The notes below the pieces were generated by a model that did not search any database, was not told the DNA's origin, and was given only the letters and a program-made list of their open reading frames with translations. The position numbers and the translations under genes were made by a program. Of a DNA stretch of 52,798 nt, positions 13,459-24,818 are shown piece by piece. The number at the start of each line of letters is the position of its first letter. Within the stretch, counting starts at the first letter, position 1. This DNA comes from Ancylonema sp. (taxonomy: Eukaryota): positions 1-52,798 of the forward strand of contig JBFLGF010000228.1 of assembly GCA_050230475.1 (NCBI GenBank), read 5' to 3'.

Positions 13459-14627
13459 ATAGTGTGGAGGGAAAACTCTTACGGACATAGTTCGGATTAT
13501 TTTTTAGAAAAATCTCTTACTTCCGACAATAAAAGACAGACAATCGTTTTAGGGCGTGACGATGTGCTTTACGACACTTGATGGTCTTCATTCGTTCATT
13601 ATTTACAATTCATTGTCTTGTGCATTCTGGTGGGGCTGTTGTTCTTATAAGTTCGTTATCAAGCCTAGTAAAGTGTCAGCATAGTTGTGATCCAATAAAT
13701 CCGATGGCTGGTTGTACCATTAACATTCGAATTAGATTGTTTTTTTTTTTTTTTAAATCAATCGATCGAGCAAGTGGGGCTTATTTAGGGTTTGTCGATG
13801 AAGTTTGTGTCAATAATTTCACATAAGTCGCAAATATGCTTTCGAAATTGACACACCCAAGAACTGTTTCACACTCTGTCAACAAATTATTGATAATGAG
13901 TTTTTTTGCGTTTGGCAACTTATGTTTCCGATCATGTTCTCCTCTCGGTCACATCAGTCAATCATCAGGCAAACGTGATTATCATGGGTGGCATGCAATT
14001 CGATTCAATCTACGAGCGGGTCCGAGGGATACACCCACACACACACAATTCTTGATCCACCAATTATTAGTGATGTGGCGCTAGTGGATGTGCCACAATG
14101 ATTTAATTTCCTCATCTCAAGAGAATAAGTTATACATCTCAACAACGAATCAGCAGTCTACTTGTTGAAAATTGGGGACGTAAATGGCAAGAAGCCCCCC
14201 CTCCCCCCCCCCCTTCCGTCCGCGTGTCATCTCAGTCTAACGATTCATTTAGGAGGAGGGGAAGGGACACGGGAGGGTTGCGGAATATGGGGGGAAATAG
14301 GGGGTGTGAGGTGGTTCCATAACGCCCTCTCAAGCAGTAAGTGCGTCCCAAACCTAGCGGGAGGTTTGAGCCGGGGGGACCAATCACTAGCTAAAACCGA
14401 TTTTCAACCTAACAAGATTAAACCACGTCGTAGACCAGTCATAAGATAAAACCACGTCAATTTTTCACATCAAATCGCTAATCTTTAAAACCTACATATA
14501 AAATAAACCCCGCAAAGCGAACCACTTGGTTGTGATAACAAGGGGCTTGCTGGTTGGGATTGAATGGGGCGGGATGGGGTTGGGTTGAGTTGGATGGGGC
14601 TGGGTGGGGCTGGACGGGGTTCGGCAC

Positions 14628-15191
14628 TGCCGATCGGCGAGCGCAGAGCGCAGCGAGCGCATGAGCGCAGGATCATGCGCTCATGAGCGCATGAGCGCAG
14701 GCATCCCCAAAATCGGCTATGAGCGCAGCTCATGAGCGTGAGCGTATTAGAGCGCACATGAGCGCTCGATGCTCAACCCCATCGGATCGGATCGGAAAGC
14801 CGCCAAAATATGCGGCTGGCCGCGGAAGTGATATGTTACTGCGGATCGGCGAGCGCATGAGCGCAAGATCATGCGCTCATGAGCGCATGATCGCAGGCCT
14901 GAGATCCCCCTGAATTATTCAGCCAGTATTCACCAAAATGAACGGATTTTCTGCCCGGTTACCTTCATTTATGCGCTCATTTTGCGTTCATGCGCTCAAG
15001 CGCTCATCATGCGCTCTAATACGCTCATGCGCTCTAATACAATCATGCGCTCATGCGCTCATTATGCGCTCTAATACGATCATGCGCTCATGCGCTCATT
15101 ATGCGCTCTAATACGCTCATGAGCGTGATCTTCCGCTCATTTAGCTCGGAGCGCTGAGCGCAAGGGCTGCCACTGCGCTCGCCGATCCCTA
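14628..15191. mobile_element. Palindromic non-autonomous hAT-like element rich in ATGAGCGC/GCGCTCAT
   Basis: GATCGGCGAGCGCAG at 14632 and its reverse complement near 15174-15188. The right end ...GATCCCTA is TAGGG-type. Flanks TTCGGCAC / CTCGGCAG match 6 of 8. Confidence 0.7.
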
Positions 15192-15481
15192 CTCGGCAGG
15201 ACTGGCCAGCCCCCACCCGTAGGTCCCATCTCCAGCATGAGTTGCGGGTAACCCGCCGTAACGCACCGTACCGGTTTCGGCATCTAAAATTCGGCCTTGG
15301 AACTCACGGTGGTGGTTGCAATTTGGAGGCAAACCACTCCATGGTGGTTTGTCGCGTACTTCGTCTGAGAGTCTTCTGAGAACAGCTTCTCACAGACGGG
15401 AGGTCTTCACCCCGGCAAGCTGAACTTTCTTGTTCAGACTCGAGTAGCCTCCTCATCCATTGCACTCGTAGTGATTAGCAA

Positions 15482-18400
15482 ATGGCTTCTCTGAAGTCAG
15501 TGTACCTGACAGTCTACAATGCTACATTGGCGTTAGGATGGTGAGTCCTGCCGGTACATGAACATTGTCGCGCTGATCAGCGCAGTGTTGCTATGCGATC
15601 AATTTCTGCATCGTCCCTGTGTTTGGAAAGATACAGCAGTATATGACGCAGGTGGTGCCACATTCTAGCTTATCGTTTATTTATTCAATCATTCTAACTC
15701 ATGCCTGATTCTGAGGATGACGTAACCATGCAGGGCCTACGTTCTATTTCTGACCGTCGACACCTACATGGAGGATGGTCCAGATACGGTGTATGCTGCA
15801 GCGGTGTTACCGTTGCAGATAGTCCAGACTGCGGCGATTCTAGAGGTGATTAGCAATTGGCTGGAACTAAAGCAGCAATGAAAATGCATCCTATTGAAAC
15901 TTTGCAAGTTTAACATTATCCAGCAGTTGAAAGCCACTGTAGGGGTGTAAGTAATGACTGTACATATTTTGGAGGCCGCTTCTGTTTACTACCGAGTGTA
16001 AGGAATTATTTAAATGTATTTTCGACTGGTCGATCTTGTGGCGTTCTAGTGGGCTGATGATCAGTCTCACGCTTTTTACAATGTCTGAGTAACAAACTTC
16101 ATCTGCTCGACTGACATCATCTGCTGCCTTTGTTGTTGCAGATAGCTCACAGTCTACTAGGTAAGATTCACTTCGCTATGTGTGAGGCAGTAGCAATTCA
16201 CACCTGTTCGTGGATTGTAGCTGATGAGTGTTCCACTTTCTACAGCTCAGAGAATCAGACTGTGTAATCATAAATCCCTCTATCGCTCCCGATCCACCTT
16301 TCAGGTCCTAAAAGTTCCAGTCGTCTAAATAAAACCCTGATTCTGCTCACAAGTTTTATTTCGAACCTTATAAGACATGGCAATAAGATTTGTCAAGGCT
16401 TTCGAATATAATAAGAGATGGCATTTAGATTTGTCAAGGCTATGTATGAATCCTTTCCCCTGTATGCTCAGGTGTTGTTCGGTCCCCGATCAGTGCTACT
16501 CTTCCTCAGGTCACTTCTCGAATCTTCCTTGTATGGGGAGTGCTATTCAGCTTTCCAGAGAAGGTTAGTTCTCTCCCTTTTTCTTGTTGACGTTTAGAGT
16601 GTAAGTGGACGATGCTGTTTTGACCTGTTACATGTATCGGTCCTCTGTGTAGTCAGGACCTTTTACAGGTCACGCCTGTGTTTTAATTTCCGTTTATTGA
16701 TGAATATTTGTTCATTGCGTTTCTTGCGTCTATCCAAAGTCCACACCTTTTGCAACAGGAATGAGCAATACCTCTTTCGCTACACGTCCTCTGAGGAGTC
16801 TTCGGAAAAAAGTTGGTAGTGAATCCTTTAAGTGCACTTCAGTTGCTGAAAGTTTGTTCTGGCTGTAAGGCCAGACTTCATGCAGTTGAAAAGGAGATGT
16901 AGACGTTCTAACCTCACTCTGATGTATGTATATCTCATTGTGGTTGTGCACCCAGACTCATAAAAGCAACTTTGTCACATCCTTGCTGCTGAGCTGGTCA
17001 GTGACAGAGGTAATAATGGGACTCTTTCACCTGAATCCGGTTCAGGGTAATTCAAGAGGGTAATTAATAAATAAAAACTTTTGACAGCCTGTCATTCTGT
17101 TTTGCTAACTTTCCGAGTTGTGTTGGTGTTCGATGTGGAGCACAACCTGTGTCTAAGCAACAGGATTGAAGGCGGGTCGGAGGGCTGATACTCAGCAGTC
17201 TCTGATCTATGCTAGGACGAAATGTAATTGTAATGGAGTTGCTCATGCATGTTCCCTGGTTAGCTGAATGCGTCCTCATCTCTTTGCAGATAGTTCGCTA
17301 CGGCTTTTTTGCTATCAAGGAGGGCTTTGGTTCAGCTCCAAGCTTTCTCCTCTGGCTAAGGTAGCTTTCGTGCTTGAGGTCTGCCTTCTCACATACTGCT
17401 TTTGCCTTCTCAATCATATGTCTAGAAAACGATTTGTCGAGAAAAGGGTATGTCCTCACTGAAGTTCTGGCAAGTGGAGGAGATGGAAATGCACACATTC
17501 GCATTCCCCGAGATCAAGAGATCCGGCATCCGCAATCACTGAGATCCTTTTTGCATGATAACAAAAGGATAATGCCGTTACCTTCCGTATCCCCTTATTC
17601 ACTGCGTTTTCACAAAGCATTTTCGAAATGGCATTGATGACAAAAAAATGTAAGAGGAGTTTGATGGTTGTAGTTTCAAAATTAGAGTTCGAAGTGGGAC
17701 GAAAGTCAAATACTTTCCTCCCTCTTACTTCCAGAAGCCGGATGCCAATGGAACTCCGAAATTTCACTTCTCTGTATTCTGTTTGGCTGGTGCAGATACA
17801 GTATGTTTTACGTGTTATACCCCAGTGGCATTATCAGTGAAGTGGCGCGTCTCATACTTGCTCTGCCAGAAATGAGGGTAAGGCCTCGAGTCCAACAAAG
17901 AAAGTATGAATATGAATTAAATGATGATGATCACAAATGTTTGTTCGAAGGAAGGCCCAACTACTGTGAGAAGTCTGGAGTCTCGACTCCACGGACCGTA
18001 ATCTATCGTCGGTTATACCGCAGCCCATCCCGAGTCCTGGGCAAGCAGCCCATGAGCCCATGGTAGTTAGGCTGCCGGCTGCCGACAGGCCTCATTATAC
18101 TCTGTGTGCCTCTGGGCGCATTGGTTGCAGCAGCCCAGGCTCATTGGGCTCTCCAATCCCCAGTCTACCCTGGATCATCTAAGTTGCAACCAGAAAATTT
18201 GCACCCACAATAGATGTTAAAGCCATATGTAACCCAGTTATATCCTTGGTCCGGGCTTTTGTGTTCAGACTTCGGGCCACAACAACATCTTGATGCCAAA
18301 TCCGTACAATTTCGCGCTCGACTTCTTCCTCATTTCGCTTGTGGCTCTCGCGACATACATTCCAGGTCACTCCTCGTCCCCTGGCCTGCTTTTAACATAT

Positions 18401-19203
18401 GATACGCAAAGATTTTGGCGGGAGTAGAGAGAAGTGGTTACCACGTACAATTCACTGACTTCCATGCAGCATATGTGCCTACTAGTGAGACTTGGGTAGG
18501 GGCAGATAATGTGGGTGGGGGCTGTACACATGGAATAGTGTATTGTAGGGTTGCAAAGTTTGTTCCTCCCACTCCTTCCAACTGATCTTGATCAAATGGC
18601 CACAAATTCAGACATATTGAACAATCATTTGTAGTCATGAATGGACAATGCCTGCTTATGACACCAAAAGCAGTTAATATTTAAACATGCAAATGTTAGT
18701 GTACACAGGGGGTCACCTTTAAATGAGTATTGCTTGCACCGGATCCACGTTATGAGCCACCACTTCTGGTCTTCCCATGTGTGTTTTGGAAGCCACCCTC
18801 AAACCCTCACACAGCGTCGTAAAACACCAAGAACAAAAGTTTGTTCTCATCAGGTGTTGGGCTTGTTGGGTAGGGGTTGCTATTTTTTTCGTGTTGGAAA
18901 TCAAGGGTGGCATGAGGTATGCATTGAGCTTAAGCACCGCTCTGATGTGCGCTGATTTGATTGGTAGAAACAGATTGTTGCCTCTGGAATTGTTATGCCG
19001 GTGGTAGCACCACATTATCAATTATCGATTCAGGTTTTTTTCATATACCGCAATTTGAAATCAGAACCGAAACAAGCAATGTACCAATGTGGTCCCCTTT
19101 CCGTTTCATGTTGCTTGTGCTTCTATCAGGCGGACCCTTCATGTACACATACATGATGAAACAAAGGAAGAAGGCTCTCAATCCAAAGGAGAAGGCTACA
19201 TAG
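15482..19203 (+). CDS. PAS2: Very-long-chain 3-hydroxyacyl-CoA dehydratase (PASTICCINO2/PTPLA/HACD family), 9 exons
   Basis: Largely missed by the ORF track. Exons 15482-15540, 15734-15845, 16142-16160, 16472-16563, 16956-17009, 17290-17360, 17796-17877, 18269-18365, 19130-19203 give YLTVYN, QTAAILEIAH, QVTSR, WSVTEIVRY, WLRYSMFYVLYPSGIISE (catalytic Tyr/Glu), MPN and MMKQRKKAL. Confidence 0.93.
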
Positions 19204-20148
19204 CACTTCTGAGTTGTACATAGCTACCGTGAATGAGGATCTGGATGCTAAGCGACTTGTTTGGAGCGAGTTGCAATCAATCATTTTAGTGTGCAATAAA
19301 TGTTCTATCGTGAAATTCCAACAAGCTGACAAAAACCAACAAGTGATGAAATGTTTTTGGGAAAGCCTCGTCGAGATATTATCTCTCCACTTGTTTGTGG
19401 ACAAATTTCGGCGTTGTTAATCACCCTCGGGATTTTGTACATCCATAAACTTGTTCACAGCCAATCACAAGTTTGGTGTAATCAAAATGGACACAAAAAA
19501 CCAATTCTAATTTTTGAATGTTTTTCAATGATTGTGGAACAAGATGGGGATTGAGTTCACCGAAAACTGTTTCTGAATTGAAATTGGGCCCGATCCGTCC
19601 CAAAACCTGATCCGAATCGGAGCCGGAATGGACCCAATCCAGATTGGCGCTGTTTCGCACGTATTGTAACGGAACAGGCTCAACAATAAAATTACTGATT
19701 GTAAAAAGCACATTTTGGGCGGGTTTATGCCACGGTGGGTGCGTATGGGATATTTTTTCCACATCAATTTCAATTTAAATCAATTTTAAATCAATCCCTA
19801 TTGTATAGCTATGCTCACTATTCATGATTTGTTGTCATAGTATGCGAATGACTCCTGATATAGGAGTTGCAAGTGTCGCTTCAGTCCACATAATTATGAG
19901 CAACTAGTCACAAAGTGGGTGTCATTTTCAAGGACGCTTACTCCATATTGCTTGACTCGTAATTGCACAACAAAAGGTGTAATGGCATTGACTTAAACCC
20001 ACTTTGTAAACCCGGAAGGGGATGGAAAAGTGGTTGTGGTATTACTTATATGTCACCATCGTCTTGCGTGCTTGGAACTTAAATGTGGTCGGTATCAAAG
20101 AGAAGCGCCAATGATAGAGCCGCGCATACGGCCGCGCATATCAGTGAG

Positions 20149-20544
20149 CATAGTTGGTCGCGCACCGTGCACGGCATTTGTGCACGCTTGCAGCACGCAT
20201 GCGCAAACGCACTAGTGCGGCACGCGCACAATTTCAGTCATCGAATTCTCGTCGTCGAAGTTTGACTTAGTAGTGAGTATTTTTTATTAGACGTAGTACG
20301 TTGTTACCTTGTAAGCCCTCGGGAGTAAACACTCCATCAACGTTGTGGACTTGATCTAACCGGTACATTACCTACATCTCACGATTTTGGGAAATATCCC
20401 GTCCCCCAGGGGTGTAGGAAGTCCTACACTCCGGGTGGGGGGGTTTTCTTTTTCTCGCCTAGTGCCGGGCACCGTGCGCGATGTTTCCGCACGCGTACCG
20501 GTGCGGCAAGCGCGCTGCACGCGCTCGGCAAAAGACCAACTATG
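20149..20544. mobile_element. MITE with 11-bp TIR CATAGTTGGTC
   Basis: CATAGTTGGTC ... GACCAACTATG. Flanks TCAGTGAG / TCATTAAG match 6 of 8. Subterminal GC-rich GTGCAC/GCGCAC motifs. Confidence 0.72.
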
Positions 20545-22180
20545 TCATTAAGCACATTTTATAAACATTTTCGATTTTGATAAATTTATCATGCGGTAAA
20601 ATGGAGTATGCTTACAATCCCCAAGAACAAAAACGAGAAAACTAATCATTAAACATACAAACCCACTTTTGTAGGGTTTGCGCGATGGGTTCATATGCAA
20701 AAAAACATTTTATTGACTTTCACCTCATGTTCGGCGCCTCCGATCCGAATCGGAATCTTTCTTGTCGGGGGAAGTTGTTTGCATTAGTATTTTTTAAGTT
20801 CTGCTTGCTATAAATTTTTAGTTCTTAAGAGCAAAAATAAAATAAACATCATACAACAATAACATATTGTTTTTGTTCGACTTACAAGTGTCTTTTGGGT
20901 TCTATGTGAAGCACGCCAAGGCTCGACGAGAGACCTTTGGGAGCTCTACGGGTTTCTTCGGTCATGACTTACGATTGTTCTAGGATCCGATTTTCAATTA
21001 TTGAGGAAAAGTGAGGACTACACGAGTAAATGGACCATAATGTAGAGTCATTGGATTTCACATCATGTGTGTCACATCATGCCAATCAATGAATTGAATC
21101 CGAGAGGGTGAGGAGTGAATCGGATAGCCATGATTTGTGTTGCTAGTGTGGTAGCAATCCGGTTGTCTCAACCACTTTCATTCCTTGATGTGTAGGCGGA
21201 GACGGGCATAGTTATATCCGGGCACCCGGTTACCCTTATATGTGCGACACGCTTGATGTTCATACTTTGTACCGTTGCTAATATTAGCAACTAGATGCAT
21301 GATTTTCAAAATGAATCTAGCATATGTCACTACTGGATTGGTTCAATCTTGACATGTAAAATGTTCGGCATGAGCTATTGACACTTAAGAGTGGTTATTG
21401 ATGTGTGATTGGCCGACGGTATGTTTTTCCGACCGTCGGCACATTAGTTCCGGAAGATTGAGTAACAATCATCGGGGTACATTGATCCCGATGCGGTCAC
21501 TATGCAATAACCAATTTCCAACACACGCAAGCTATCATCTATCATCGTATGATAGACAAGTCCTTTGTACGGAAAGTGCATTGCTTGCTTGTGTATCTCA
21601 AATATTAACGCTATAAAAGTTAAAAGAGGAATGTAGTCGAATGTGCTTACCATATATAGTCATCATAGCATTTCAGACAACCGGTCTGACGTACCCGGTG
21701 CAGTAAAAAAGAGAGAAAATGGAAAGAAAAGAGTCATAAGGTATGAGCCTATACCCTAAGAACGACATTTTTTTTTTGTTTGGCGTCTGCGGACAAAACC
21801 CGTTGTGTCACAATGAAGCATTTTTTTCTCTTCATCTAGTGAAGTGAAGGACACAAGACACAAGACTCGGAGACAAATGTACCCACGCTCTTTTACATCC
21901 TCATCGACGCGCTTTGCCTTCCCACTTGCCTTTGGTGAGAAGAGTAGAGCCTAAATCACTGAAAAGATCACATATGATTGAAAAGGAATTTGTTTGACTC
22001 CCACTTGCGAAAGAAGGGACACACTAAAAGTGTAATAAGGCCATTAGACTTGGCTCAACTCGTGATGCAGACCCCATGTTCTTCCCTCACACTCAAGTCT
22101 TCAAGTGTCATCACCCCGGGACCTAGAGCTTTCACCTTTGGTCAGCACTACATCTACATTACGTGCTTCATCACAACTAC

Positions 22181-22921
22181 GCTGATTGAGTACATAATGG
22201 TGGTTGGCGTCAATACCAAATTCTTTGTGTGTGTTCTTCGTGATTGCGAAAGAACGTATTGTAGAAAAAACGAAGCGTATAACCATTTACGTCACAAGAA
22301 CATTCATCCCGATGGTGTGTGAAAGGAGGGTAAACGAGATTGTTTTAATCCCGATTCCTCGATTACATTTTCTCCTTGGCTTTTCTTCGCCATACGGTTT
22401 GCCCACCTCTGCTTTCGTTCCTCTACTTCGCGGAACTGCGGTGTCATCCTCCTTGGAGGCCTGTACCAATGCCCATCATTTTCAAGGCAATGCCGATCCA
22501 TCTCCTCTAGGTGCAATTTGCCGACCAAAAACCCGCAACCTCATCGATAGCCGCAAACGATAGCTCCGCTAGGGGCCTTTCATGTAGGACTGAATACCAG
22601 GTTCCTTAATCCGTTTAGGCATGATCCCTCCACAGATACATGAGTATGGATAGAAGGAACAACCAAAATCAAACATACATAAATGATATTTGAAATAATT
22701 GTAATAAGATTTATGGTACGTATCAATCTTCAAAACCATTTCAATTACCCTCCCTTCACATACCAATCGGGTTAAATGATCTTGTGATGCGTTAGACGCT
22801 AGTGATGGTTAGACGATGGTTAGACGCTGCGTGTATTCCACAATACGTTCTTCCGCAACCACGAACAACGCACACAAATGATTTGGTATTGACGCCCTCC
22901 ACCATCATGTACCCAATTAGC
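22181..22921. repeat. 106-bp inverted repeat pair (22181-22286 / 22816-22921) encoding a C2H2-zinc-finger-like peptide
   Basis: Ungapped hand alignment gives 16 differences in 106 nt. Translations are FVCVLRDCERTYCRKNEAYNH and FVCVVRGCGRTYCGIHAASNH. Confidence 0.8.
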
Positions 22922-24818
22922 ATATCCGGATCGACCCGGGAAGTCGCATCCCGACCGGTGTCCCGAGCTCCTACACAATACACATCATTAAAAAAAAGGG
23001 TAATTCAGGTAATTTGAACTTTGTTCTTCATGGGACACAATGTATTGTGTATTAATCTGGCCTGCCCTTTTTAGGGCCGTGAAGAAAAGGGTTCATCCGT
23101 TGAAGTATCGCCTCTTCTAACTCCTCTTCCAACGCAGTAGTTCGATTGTGCCCAGAATTTAACCCCTCCCGAAAGGTATACTCTCGATCACGGGATTTAT
23201 CAAGAGAGTGGACAGTATTCCCTGTTCTATCCTCTACGTCTTGGTCGTACTTTTTCATCTCACTTTCGTCCTAATGAGCCCAAACAACTACGTTTCCTAC
23301 ACTGTCAAGGCGCCCCTCTTGATGAGTTGTCGAACTTTTACTTGCCCGGTGTCTTGCAATTTTCTTCCCCCCTTCAGTGCACTTCGGGCGAGGATTGTGT
23401 ATGAGGTCTTGTGTCGTAATGGCATCCATCGGATGAGTATGTGACCATGGGTTTCTACTCTCCGACTGATGCGGATGTAGCCTTCGCTCACGACCCAATT
23501 CGGGATCGCTTTCTCGGGAGTTACCACGCGGTCCACCTCGTTGACAACGACACTGCAATCGTTACCGCTAGATTGTTCATTGGGCCATCTCCCACGATCA
23601 ATAGGGGAAGGAGGGTCATTGTAATGACTAGCATCATGGTCGACTGCTCGGTCGTGGGGTCATTGGGTGTCTCCCTCCACATCCCCGTCACCATCCGCCC
23701 CCCCCCCCCTTGGGTCTCCTGTTGATCTCGCTCTGCGTCAGTAATATATTCTGTGCTTATCCGGCTAGTCCCTTTTGCTCAATCCACTCCACGCAATATT
23801 GCGGCTCGAGGCAGGCGATTTGATTGTGAGCAAAATGCCGATAGGATAAGCAATAACTTAAAGTTTCACGGGAGCAGAGTATTGAAGCAAATATGAGCAC
23901 AATTGGGTGCGGCCGTTTGTGTCACTACTGGGTATCCGGAGATGTTAGGGCGTCCGGAAATCTTCCTGATATGGGGAAATAATAATGGAATCAGATCTTT
24001 CACACATTGCTTCAATTGCCTTACAAATGGCATCACAATTGCTTCATGTCACTCACTATATACAGACAACCTTTGGATAGATGACATACCTTTTTGTGAG
24101 GAAGTGATAGACAAAGTATGAAACCAAACGAGTGGTAAACAGACACATCCAAATTACCACTCGGGTGGATCCATCAACGATATCTTCTAATAAATTCCGG
24201 CGAAAAACTACAAAAAGTTTGAAGTTTGAAGTTTGAAGTTTGTACTCGTTTACCCCCCCCCCCTTATGTTGGGAAAATATAGCATCGTCCTCTTGTGACC
24301 AATCTGGCATCTCTAAGACATGTTGTCCATCGAAAATTCCGAGATTTAGATATAGTTGAGCAACCCCCCGATCCGGATCGGCACATCCATTGTTCCAAAA
24401 AAAACTATAAACTACGTTGTTGAATGTGGAGGCCAAATTTATTTTAGCAGCGACTACAGGCTGGAGCTCCTTATCTATAACAAACATGACAAAGACACAC
24501 ATCCAAGACTACATTGTTTGCATATGAGAGTTGTGTCAATGAAAGCGTTAATGAAAGGATGTACACGTTAAAATGAGCATTTGCACGGTTTGGTTCCATG
24601 CTAGTTTCACTCTGAAAGGCACTTTGGAGTAACATAGGTCGGATTTCGCAAGTTCATTTTCGACTTTAACTCAGCTCTCACACATTGTTTTGAAAGGAGG
24701 TTGAAAATCCTTACACACCAATAGAACCAACTCAATAATCACCGACCCACCGTCCTTGTGGGTCGCGTCTTAGGTAATAATTCGGTAAACAAAGATCCAC
24801 AAGAACAACCAATCACGG

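Noticed and set aside
14640..15130. CRISPR-like or satellite array
   Set aside because: There are no unique spacers and no cas genes in this eukaryotic context. The orientation switch fits a TIR element.
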